Source of the DNA: Pseudomonadota bacterium
Lineage (GTDB): Bacteria > Bdellovibrionota > Bdellovibrionia > Bdellovibrionales > SG-bin7
DNA: 64,000 nt
NCBI GenBank assembly: GCA_034439715.1
Contig: JAWXAY010000100.1
Span: 1 to 64,000, forward strand
Direction of reading: 5' to 3'
Shown here: positions 1 through 7,824 of the stretch, piece after piece
How the letters are laid out: the number at the start of each line of letters is the position of its first letter
How positions within the stretch are numbered: the first letter of the stretch is position 1
Notes under the pieces: generated by a model
The model's input: only the letters and a program-made list of their open reading frames with translations
The model's database searches: none
What the model was told of the DNA's origin: nothing
Position numbers and translations under genes: made by a program

Positions 1-90
1 GAAATATTAAAAACGATGCAGGACTTCTCGCTAATTACAATAACCAGAGGCAATCAACCGCGCCAATTTAAAGCGGAAGAAATTGCGTGA
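1..90 (+). CDS. 3' end of an unidentified CDS entering the window
   Basis: Frame 1 is open from base 1 (EILKTMQDF...KAEEIA) to TGA at 88-90, which overlaps the next GTG (GTGA). Confidence 0.4.
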   Translation, partial: EILKTMQDFSLITITRGNQPRQFKAEEIA

Positions 91-260
91 ACACCACAGC
101 AAAGGGTGGAGCAACCTTTGCTCAGGACTCATCTGCCGAAGTAATCGACATGCCTTCTCATGCTGAAAAATCAGGTTGTATTGATTTTGTACTTCCAATC
201 GAAAAAATTTCGGTGAAACTTCAAAAATTGGCTACCGCTATTCAACGAAAAATGCGGTGA
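87..260 (+). pseudogene. C-terminal fragment of a CheB-type methylesterase domain
   Basis: Translates KGGATFAQDSSAEVIDMPSHAEKSGCIDFVLPIEKI (CheB C-terminal GG-T-AQD...MP..A...G.vD.VLP motif); in-frame TAA at 69-71 upstream, so the catalytic Ser/His/Asp region is absent. Confidence 0.65.
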
Positions 261-355
261 AGGTAGCGCGATTTAACTTTAGGACAAAACGGCAATAAAT
301 TTTGATTGTTCTAACTGAACGGGCCTTAAAATCGATCATAATCGCCCTAAAGTGA

Positions 356-1165
356 TTACATTTTGTAACAGTCAAAAGAGATTATATAAACCTTATCTGA
401 CACAGATGTTTCAGCGATTTTTCGGATATTTCTTATTGTTTCCGCTAAGACATCACGTACCTTTTGGTAATCCTTCTCAGACATTGTTAGTAGGCCGCTA
501 TAGCGGGTGCCATCTAGTTTAGATTTATTTTGCATATCAGCAAGAATTTTAGTTTTCCAAGTCGTGTGCATATAACGAATGAAGGCAGAGTCTTTTGTGA
601 GATGTAAGAAATTTGTCGTACTCTTCCAGGAAATTTTTTCGCTGGTCACGAGGCCCATTAACTTCAGTCTCCCCAAAACGCTAATCACTTCTTCGAGGGA
701 GGTTCCAAGCGCTTTGGCTATAGCAGGTGCAGTTTGAAACTGTTCAATCTGAGTAAATGCATGGATCGCCTGATAGATCCAGTTGCCATAATATTCTGCC
801 TCGGATAATTCAATTTTAGTCGAGACTTTTGTCTTTGGTTTTAGGTCTCGTTTAGCTTCCAGGATGTGATTTAGTTTTTCCTGACTATGTCTTTTCAGGG
901 CTACGGTTGCAGCGCGATCGCGCATAATCATCGCTAAAAAGAATGACTTTTCCTCATCTGAAAAGCCAAAGTAAGTAGCCGCATCCAAACCCTGCTCTAG
1001 ACTAAAATTGGCTCTCTCGGACAATACTTGGGCTATAAAAGTAGAATGACACCTCAGATGATCAGCGAACTTTTTAATCGCCCCCCTCGGTCTACGTTTT
1101 TCTTTGAACCCAAGATAATCATTTACAATTTCTCGATACTCAGAAGCGTCCCAGTTAAATTTCAT
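356..1165 (-). CDS. TIGR02147/DUF4423-family HTH protein (putative regulator)
   Basis: N-terminal YR..L...R-HTH (KFADHLRCHSTFIAQVL), central YYGNWIYQAIH, second wHTH, C-terminal VYIISF; architecture typical of this family, which is expanded in Bdellovibrionota. Confidence 0.75.
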   Translation of the reverse strand: MKFNWDASEYREIVNDYLGFKEKRRPRGAIKKFADHLRCHSTFIAQVLSERANFSLEQGLDAATYFGFSDEEKSFFLAMIMRDRAATVALKRHSQEKLNHILEAKRDLKPKTKVSTKIELSEAEYYGNWIYQAIHAFTQIEQFQTAPAIAKALGTSLEEVISVLGRLKLMGLVTSEKISWKSTTNFLHLTKDSAFIRYMHTTWKTKILADMQNKSKLDGTRYSGLLTMSEKDYQKVRDVLAETIRNIRKIAETSVSDKVYIISFDCYKM

Positions 1166-1313
1166 CAGAAGATAAGTATAGTAAAGCTATTGCTAAATCA
1201 AGTCTTATAGAGAATAAAAATCTATCTATTTTTTACCCTTGATCTATATTGGAAATGTCAGGCGCGGTGACAGAAGTAGAAGACTAAAAAAATTAATCAA
1301 AGGAGAAAACACA

Positions 1314-1772
1314 ATGAAAAAATATTTAGCAATTTTGACTTTAATAGGGAGTTTTGCCCATGCCGGAGGATCGATCGGTGGCGGCGAAGTTAAATACAAA
1401 CCTCTAATGAAATGCGATAACGAAGTCGCACCTGAAAATGCAATTCAAGAAGTGTGGATTGTTAAGGAAACCGACGATAACGGAAAGGTCATAACTGAGG
1501 CCGAACTTCGAATTGCCCCAATAGATAAAGACGGCAAAGCTACGGATTATTTTGTCACTCGCGATAGTGACATTTATTCGGACCCTGATGGATCAGTCAA
1601 TATTCCGATCTATAGGTATTCCGAAGGTGGCGATAATGATGATGAAATTATTGGTGCGTTTGGTTGGCAGGAATTAACCAAATCGGGATCGTTGCTTATT
1701 GCTCAACAAGGGCTTGATTTGCAGATTTTTCTAGCCAACTGTAGAATGCAAAAGCAAATGAGAAAGAAGTGA
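1314..1772 (+). CDS. Secreted hypothetical protein
   Basis: AGGAGA RBS before ATG 1314; signal peptide MKKYLAILTLIGSFAHA followed by GGSIGGG. Confidence 0.75.
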   Translation: MKKYLAILTLIGSFAHAGGSIGGGEVKYKPLMKCDNEVAPENAIQEVWIVKETDDNGKVITEAELRIAPIDKDGKATDYFVTRDSDIYSDPDGSVNIPIYRYSEGGDNDDEIIGAFGWQELTKSGSLLIAQQGLDLQIFLANCRMQKQMRKK

Positions 1773-1780
1773 GAAGAAAT

Positions 1781-1814
1781 GCGGCACAGCGAATTCTGTG
1801 CCGCTGAATTTTTT
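1781..1814 (+). terminator. Putative intrinsic terminator hairpin
   Basis: GCGGCACAG / CTGTGCCGC 9-bp inverted repeat followed by a T-run, between convergent genes. Confidence 0.6.
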
Positions 1815-1888
1815 CGAAGGGAGAATTTTGTTTGGTAAAGTGCTATTTGCATCATTTTTTTACTACCAACTTTGGAGTCACTCAAAAA

Positions 1889-2407
1889 TTATTTTGTAAA
1901 AACACAGTCGAGGTAACTACTTAATAATTTAGTGCGGTTACGAATAGAGACAAGCGCCTTGTTCTTTTTAATTTTGATTTTAAGTCCCATCCTATTTAAA
2001 TTTAATCCGTGACCGCTAGCAAAAGTGACTGAAGCGGTTAATGAAGAGCTTGTTGATTCAAATGAAGGGGTAACCGGTATACCAAGAACGTTAGAGTTTA
2101 GATCCAGCGGTTCCCAATCAAATTGAATATCAGAGTAAGTGTGATTTTCAGATTTTAATGAAGGATGCACCATCATGGTAATTACGGCGCCACTAGCATG
2201 AACCGCGCAAACTTTTTCATCTTCTGTTTGTCCAAAATGTAGCTCTCTAATGTCAGAGTATTTTTTATCCATAACTGGTTTGGGTAATATGGCCTTATAA
2301 GTCTCAATAACAATCTGTTGTTGCTCTTGCAATTGCTCTAAGCTTGCGTATGCCGAAGAGACCATTAACGTCATCGCGAAAGAAAGAATTACCAATAATG
2401 TCGGCAT
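1889..2407 (-). CDS. Secreted hypothetical protein
   Basis: GGAGG RBS; signal peptide ending SAYA; 172 aa. Confidence 0.75.
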   Translation of the reverse strand: MPTLLVILSFAMTLMVSSAYASLEQLQEQQQIVIETYKAILPKPVMDKKYSDIRELHFGQTEDEKVCAVHASGAVITMMVHPSLKSENHTYSDIQFDWEPLDLNSNVLGIPVTPSFESTSSSLTASVTFASGHGLNLNRMGLKIKIKKNKALVSIRNRTKLLSSYLDCVFTK

Positions 2408-2447
2408 ACAACCTCCTAGTAAAGATTAAATACTGAGATTTGAGTGT

Positions 2448-2463
2448 TGCAAGTGATATGCCG
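2448..2463 (-). promoter_or_regulatory. Putative sigma54 (-24/-12) promoter
   Basis: CGGCAT-ATCAC-TTGCA (GG-N10-GC) about 40 nt upstream of the 2407 start. Confidence 0.5.
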
Positions 2464-2646
2464 TGGCTGCAAAGATTTACCATAAATGGCCAGAAACTGA
2501 CATTTTTTGCTCAATATCCATATACAGCTAAGTTTTATCAATAGCTTACATTTATTAATTTTAAATTTGCTTCATTCTGATGTTTGGCATGCTTTGCATA
2601 GTTCAGATGTAGATAAGGTACCAAACTAGATTTATTGGAGAGAAAA

Positions 2647-3192
2647 ATGAAATTAATAATATTTGCTTGCTCGTTGACAACCCTGGCATTTTTAAGTTTG
2701 GCGGCCGCAAATGTAAAAACTCGATGTATCGTGATGGGAATGGAGGGGCTTTCCAACTCGTCTAAACCTCCGGCGCCCGGCGATACCATTATCTTTGATA
2801 CTTCTCACAGTCAGATGACGACTTTAAGATTTATGATAAATGATAGGCGTGAAATCAAATATCCCACTAGTTGGTTCCCTCTCGCTAAGACACTTGAGAA
2901 AAGCGAGGTGGAATCATTTTCTTCAGATTCCACTTTATACACATCTGAAGTTACAGTTTGGCCGGTCGGCATGGGGCCAATTCAAATTGAAACAAAGTTA
3001 GAATTTAAAATCGATGAAAAGGGAAATGGGACAGCGATTTTTTATCAAAGTAAAGTTGATAACAGTCGAGGTAGGGTCAACTCCATTACTCCGGATTTGA
3101 CTTCTGGAGAAATTATCGAAGGATTGGATGCCGATGCCCGGCCTGAAATCTTCACTTTAGAAATGAACTGTAATTCTATGAATTTAAAATAG
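2647..3192 (+). CDS. Secreted hypothetical protein
   Basis: GGAGAG RBS before ATG 2647; signal peptide; Cys near both termini. Confidence 0.7.
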   Translation: MKLIIFACSLTTLAFLSLAAANVKTRCIVMGMEGLSNSSKPPAPGDTIIFDTSHSQMTTLRFMINDRREIKYPTSWFPLAKTLEKSEVESFSSDSTLYTSEVTVWPVGMGPIQIETKLEFKIDEKGNGTAIFYQSKVDNSRGRVNSITPDLTSGEIIEGLDADARPEIFTLEMNCNSMNLK

Positions 3193-3210
3193 CGGAGAAA
3201 AATTCTCCGC
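3192..3210. terminator. Hairpin between convergent genes
   Basis: GCGGAGAA / TTCTCCGC inverted repeat. Confidence 0.5.
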
Positions 3211-3219
3211 CAACAAACG

Positions 3220-3495
3220 TTATTTTTTGCTTTGAGCAGGCAGACGCACAATAGATTTGTGAGGAACGCACTCATCGATAAGTTGGTTGACCCTGCTTTT
3301 AAAAAACTTAAGCTGTTCTGTTCCGAGCAGTGCTTGATCTATCGTTAGTTTTTTCTTTTTAAAGAGCACCTGAAAGGTAATTGTCTTTTCGTCAAATCCA
3401 ATGACGTAGCCTTCAATTTTACGACAAACTCCGGCATTGACTTGGGAACTCACAAAAAGCATGCTTATTAGTAGACTTATTGTGATTGGTTTCAT
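3220..3495 (-). CDS. Small secreted hypothetical protein
   Basis: Likely start ATG 3495 (MKPITISLLISMLFVSSQVNA signal peptide) after GAGGG. Confidence 0.6.
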   Translation of the reverse strand: MKPITISLLISMLFVSSQVNAGVCRKIEGYVIGFDEKTITFQVLFKKKKLTIDQALLGTEQLKFFKSRVNQLIDECVPHKSIVRLPAQSKK

Positions 3496-3513
3496 TATCC
3501 CTCGAGGCATTAT

Positions 3514-4185
3514 ATGAAAATTAAGTTTTTATCTTTTATTGCCGTATCTATAAGTTTGCTCCTTACATTTTCATCTCGTCAAGCGCTAACTTGCGGGTCC
3601 GATGAAAACGGCCCACGCGAAATTTCATTTGTTCCCGGCGAAAGGGACGGAGTATTGAATATGCAAATAAGTACTAAAAAAACAGGCCTAACAAGTATTA
3701 TCGAAGATGAGTCGGGCTTCTTGGGTACCTATTATATGGTAGATTTTCTTTCTAAACAGATTCGTCCCAATGAAAAAGAAGAAGTTTTACCATCGAAATA
3801 TCGGGATGAATTTGATTTTTTGCTTGAACGTATAGGAAAGCTCCGTTTAGTTGTCAGTGAAATTCCGGAGACTGACGGCCGAAAGGTAATTTTAGAAAGT
3901 ATTGATCATCTCAACAATGTAAGCAAAGGGCCGGACTCCGTAAATCAAGAACAGATGGATAAAGCTTGGAAAAAAGTAGTCCTAACTTTATATGAAAATA
4001 AAACTGAAATTACCACAAAAACCAAAAAACAGATATCGGACTCATTTGGTGAAAGCTATAAACTGGGAGTGGAAAACTACTTCTCTGTTCACAGATCTAG
4101 AAGTTGTGGATCAAGCGTGTTAAACATTAGTAAAAGAAAAGGTGATGCGGGGAGCGAAGACACACCCCAAAAATCCTCACAGTAA
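3514..4185 (+). CDS. Secreted hypothetical protein
   Basis: Signal peptide ending RQA; 223-aa ORF; GAGG RBS. Confidence 0.7.
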   Translation: MKIKFLSFIAVSISLLLTFSSRQALTCGSDENGPREISFVPGERDGVLNMQISTKKTGLTSIIEDESGFLGTYYMVDFLSKQIRPNEKEEVLPSKYRDEFDFLLERIGKLRLVVSEIPETDGRKVILESIDHLNNVSKGPDSVNQEQMDKAWKKVVLTLYENKTEITTKTKKQISDSFGESYKLGVENYFSVHRSRSCGSSVLNISKRKGDAGSEDTPQKSSQ

Positions 4186-4187
4186 AT

Positions 4188-6209
4188 TTATAATAGAGCC
4201 TGTTTTTTTTGAACGATAAAAAACTCTTTTGGCGAAGCCTTGAGGCGCACATAGACTGCTTTCAGTAGGACCCACATCCAGCGCAGTTTTATATTTCGCG
4301 CCCTCATAGCAATCGAAAGCGCCAATAAAAAACTGACAAACACATTTAAAAAGCCAATAAAAATCACACCCAGAATTGCTAAGGCCAGTTTGCTACCATC
4401 AATTTGACCAGCATGATAAAGTGCCGCGGTGGCAAGTGTTAGTGAGCCACTTGAGAGAGTAACATGTCTTACGTCAAGCGCGACGCCGAAAAAATGTCCA
4501 AACACGGGTAGAAATGCAAGTAGGAAGCCTATGCCAATGTTTCCCCCAAAACCAGAAATGTTTGCGCCTAGCCACTTGCCGATAAAGCCACAGATTTTTT
4601 TTCCAAAATATTTATTAAGTCGTCGATTAAACACAATGGCTTCAGGAATCCGCCGATAAACAAACCAATTCTCTATCCATCCGGCAAAAATACTGGATAA
4701 CCACAACAGTACGCCAGTCACGATAGCAAAAGGAATCGTAAAACTCAGAAAGGGATGGAGCGATGCTACAGTCTTATGAGCGTATTCAATGTCGAAGAGT
4801 GAGGCGCCATTGGATTTGCGGTAATAATGTTCTAATAAGAAGGCGGTGGGAACCACAAGTCCCACGTTTCCGACAATAGCGGCAAATTGTGAGCGCATGA
4901 TTTGAACGACCTCGTCAACAAAGGACTTCATATTCTCAGCTTTATCTATGTTAGTTAGTTTCATGGCCAGAGCCGGACCAGTCATCGAGGATTGTTTTGT
5001 AGCCAATGTAAAATGGCAAAACTGCATAAAAACGAAACTACTGGCAAAATTAATGAAATGAAAAAATCCTTCAAAAAATAGCGGGAGTGACAGATGCGCA
5101 ATTTTAAATTTAGCTATGGTCGTAAAGCCAGTGATAATACCACCACCACTGCCTGCCAATAACATTTTAAAATACTCCCCACGTGTGCGGGTGATATAGT
5201 GTTCGCCACTGGCGCCTGCGCGTTCGACTATTTTGCGCGAAATGAGTCTTAGGTTATCTTGTACAAGTCCACTTAAAGTAGATTGAGTCTGTTGATCTCT
5301 GACGAGTAACGAAATAAATTTTAGAATAAATGGAGCGGCATTTGAATCAGGTTGAGAAATTTGCAGAAGCTGCATCAACCATTCAATGCGAGCCAAAGAC
5401 TGCATAAGATTCTCAAGATGGTAGACAATAGCCACGCTGACGCCGCGGTCTTCGAGGTGTCCAAAAACTTCGCGGACGCCCTGACGACATAAATTAATTT
5501 CAGCGATGCAGGAATCATGTAACTCGCTAATAGTTTGCAAATTGGGTTCCGCCTGGCCTAAATTTAATACAAAGTAACTCAATGTAGTATTTAGATTTAA
5601 AAATGGAGACTCAGTTACTCCAGTGGCCTGCATTCTCTCTCGAATATCTCGCGAAAGTCCCAGTTCGGCGACATGGGTTCCGAGAACAATAAGGGCTTCT
5701 CTAAGGCTAGTTTGCAGTGATGTGAAGGGCGATTCAGACTGAGATTGATTAATAACAGAGAGAATATCTTGAAACAAAAGAGGATCCATTTTTTCAATCC
5801 ATGCGGCATCATGTGCTGAATTAAATAGTCGTGGAAATGTGTCGGCAAAATCCTGATCGTGAATGGGCGTTGGTAAAATTTTATTTAGGACGCGGTCGGT
5901 GGCCTCGCTAAAAAAACCACTTTCGCGTAAAAGACCCGTAGCGCTGAAAAGCCTAAGACAACTTGTTTCATTTAGTATTTTTTGTAAAACCAGAGAGACC
6001 TCTGCCTTCCAGTTTTTATTTTCATTAAGAAGGAAAATCATCTGTTTTAGGCGAAGGAGCTCTAAATGCGTACCTGCCTGTCCAGAAATTTTGGCGTGAT
6101 GAATAGCGTGAAATAGATTTTCGAGCCACAGTATTTGCTCTGGTAATGGCGCGTTGTGGTTGGCCTTACCTAAAACTGTTGATAAATCACGAGACTTAAA
6201 GAGTTGCAT
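4188..6209 (-). CDS. Gcr / SpecificRecomb-family polytopic membrane protein
   Basis: GEHYITRTR, TLATKQ..MT, RSQFAAI.GN and LDVRHVTLSSG motifs; soluble N-terminal half, multi-TM C-terminal half. Confidence 0.8.
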   Translation of the reverse strand: MQLFKSRDLSTVLGKANHNAPLPEQILWLENLFHAIHHAKISGQAGTHLELLRLKQMIFLLNENKNWKAEVSLVLQKILNETSCLRLFSATGLLRESGFFSEATDRVLNKILPTPIHDQDFADTFPRLFNSAHDAAWIEKMDPLLFQDILSVINQSQSESPFTSLQTSLREALIVLGTHVAELGLSRDIRERMQATGVTESPFLNLNTTLSYFVLNLGQAEPNLQTISELHDSCIAEINLCRQGVREVFGHLEDRGVSVAIVYHLENLMQSLARIEWLMQLLQISQPDSNAAPFILKFISLLVRDQQTQSTLSGLVQDNLRLISRKIVERAGASGEHYITRTRGEYFKMLLAGSGGGIITGFTTIAKFKIAHLSLPLFFEGFFHFINFASSFVFMQFCHFTLATKQSSMTGPALAMKLTNIDKAENMKSFVDEVVQIMRSQFAAIVGNVGLVVPTAFLLEHYYRKSNGASLFDIEYAHKTVASLHPFLSFTIPFAIVTGVLLWLSSIFAGWIENWFVYRRIPEAIVFNRRLNKYFGKKICGFIGKWLGANISGFGGNIGIGFLLAFLPVFGHFFGVALDVRHVTLSSGSLTLATAALYHAGQIDGSKLALAILGVIFIGFLNVFVSFLLALSIAMRARNIKLRWMWVLLKAVYVRLKASPKEFFIVQKKQALL

Positions 6210-6857
6210 TTAATTCACCAGACCCAATATCACCACAAAATGAAAAGCAGCGCCAACAATAACGAGAAGGTGAAATATTTCGTGATACCCGAAGTATCGG
6301 GGTGAAGGATTTGGATACCTAAAGGCGTAAACAAGGGCGCCAATTGTATAAACCAGGCCACCAAGCAATAGAAGTGTGACCTTGGCTATTCCCAAGGTCG
6401 CATGAAATTCGCGTAAATAGGGTGCGACCATCCAGCCGACCGAAACATATAATACGGCAGACAACCACTTAGGGGCATTGACCCAAAAAAGTGACTGAAT
6501 AACCCCCATAACTGTCGCAATCCAGATAAAAACTAATACCCTGGAGGCGCTTTCGCGCGAAAGTGCCAATAGGCAAATCGGGGTAGCTGAACCTGCAATC
6601 AACACAAAAATAGACGAGTGATCGAGTCTTCGCATCCAGGCTCGGCGTTCTGTGCTCCACTGAACGCGGTGGTATAGAGCGCTTATTCCAAAGAGTCCAC
6701 AAAGACTTAAGGAGTAAATTAACATCGAAATAATCGAAACCAGCTCATGACTTTTAGCTATTAGCATCGCACAGGCGCCCAAAGAAAAAAAGAACGCTCC
6801 TTGATGAAAATGCCCCCGTAAAAGGGGTTTGATTATTGGTTTTTGAGATTCGCTCAT
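6210..6857 (-). CDS. Hemolysin III / PAQR (TrhA) family membrane protein
   Basis: SALYH, RRLDH..IF..IAG and HEIFH motifs; about 7 TM; start ATG 6857. Confidence 0.9.
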   Translation of the reverse strand: MSESQKPIIKPLLRGHFHQGAFFFSLGACAMLIAKSHELVSIISMLIYSLSLCGLFGISALYHRVQWSTERRAWMRRLDHSSIFVLIAGSATPICLLALSRESASRVLVFIWIATVMGVIQSLFWVNAPKWLSAVLYVSVGWMVAPYLREFHATLGIAKVTLLLLGGLVYTIGALVYAFRYPNPSPRYFGYHEIFHLLVIVGAAFHFVVILGLVN

Positions 6858-6858
6858 A

Positions 6859-7824
6859 TTAGGCCACGTGAATCGAAGAACTGGTGCCCTCGCCATTTCC
6901 ACCAATGGCAACCGACAAGCGCCCTTTAGCGCCAGTAGTTAATTCGGCCTCTGTGCCAAAAGGGATGATACGTATTAAATTTGAATTCACATTCTGCACT
7001 CCGCTTAATACAGGAATGTCGACGGCTGAGGCAAAGCGGTCCAAAATGGGAGGCCAGAGACTGCTACCGTCGGGCTCAGTGCAGCCGAGAAGAGAGCCAA
7101 AGATTACCGCTTTTACATTCGAAAGGTAGTTGGACTGAATCAAATGTTCGAGAAAACCGTCAATCTCATGCGCACGTGAGCCGGACTCGTCCAAAAATAA
7201 AATAGTAGCCTTAGGATTACTGGACCAAGCCGTCCCTATTGTAAGAGAAATTTTCGACAGATGGCCACCAATAATGGGTGCCATTAACATCCCTGGAATT
7301 TTTGCTGATTCATTCAACGGCTTCAGCCCATCAAAGCTAATTTCAGGCACTTTTCCGCGAATAACATAAACCAATTCTTCCAGGCTCTTTTTAGACATTT
7401 TTTTTGATACAACTTGGTCAAGTGTGGGGCCATAGATTGTCGACCATTTCCACGAGTTATTTAAATGGAGATGCAAGGCCGTCGCATCGGGGCCGCCAAT
7501 AAATAACTTGGGGCGAAGCGGCTTATTTATTTTAGCCAATATAGATGTTAGACGACCTGATCCATAGCCATTCTTAACACACCATACAGCCTTTGAATGT
7601 ACATCGTGAAGTGCAGTAATTAAATGTCTGGCTCTGGCATCATCAGTATTCGAGGACAATAGTTCGGGGCCTAACAAATCTTTTGGTATTCTTGGTTTAA
7701 GTCCTAATTCTCCTAAGAATAAAATGATCTGGTTAAGCGACTTCTCCGACGCTCCCGAGCCGGGTGCAATAACATCAACGATGTCGCCCTTCACTAAACA
7801 ATTCCATTTGGCGAAGGAGCTCAT
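6859..7824 (-). CDS. S66 (LD-carboxypeptidase LdcA-like) homologue, probably catalytically inactive
   Basis: IAP.S, D..RA..L, GYGS and PFG motifs; GYSD is replaced by GGPD and the C-terminal GH motif is absent. Confidence 0.8.
   Translation of the reverse strand: MSSFAKWNCLVKGDIVDVIAPGSGASEKSLNQIILFLGELGLKPRIPKDLLGPELLSSNTDDARARHLITALHDVHSKAVWCVKNGYGSGRLTSILAKINKPLRPKLFIGGPDATALHLHLNNSWKWSTIYGPTLDQVVSKKMSKKSLEELVYVIRGKVPEISFDGLKPLNESAKIPGMLMAPIIGGHLSKISLTIGTAWSSNPKATILFLDESGSRAHEIDGFLEHLIQSNYLSNVKAVIFGSLLGCTEPDGSSLWPPILDRFASAVDIPVLSGVQNVNSNLIRIIPFGTEAELTTGAKGRLSVAIGGNGEGTSSSIHVA

Noticed and set aside
2584..2600. Sigma54 promoter for the 2647 gene (TGGCATGCTTTGCA)
   Set aside because: GG-to-GC spacing is 8 nt, not the required 10
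4188..6209. Gcr 'site-specific recombinase' as evidence of a mobile element
   Set aside because: No tyrosine (R-H-R-Y) or serine recombinase motifs; the protein is polytopic membrane and operon-embedded; no att-like repeats seen
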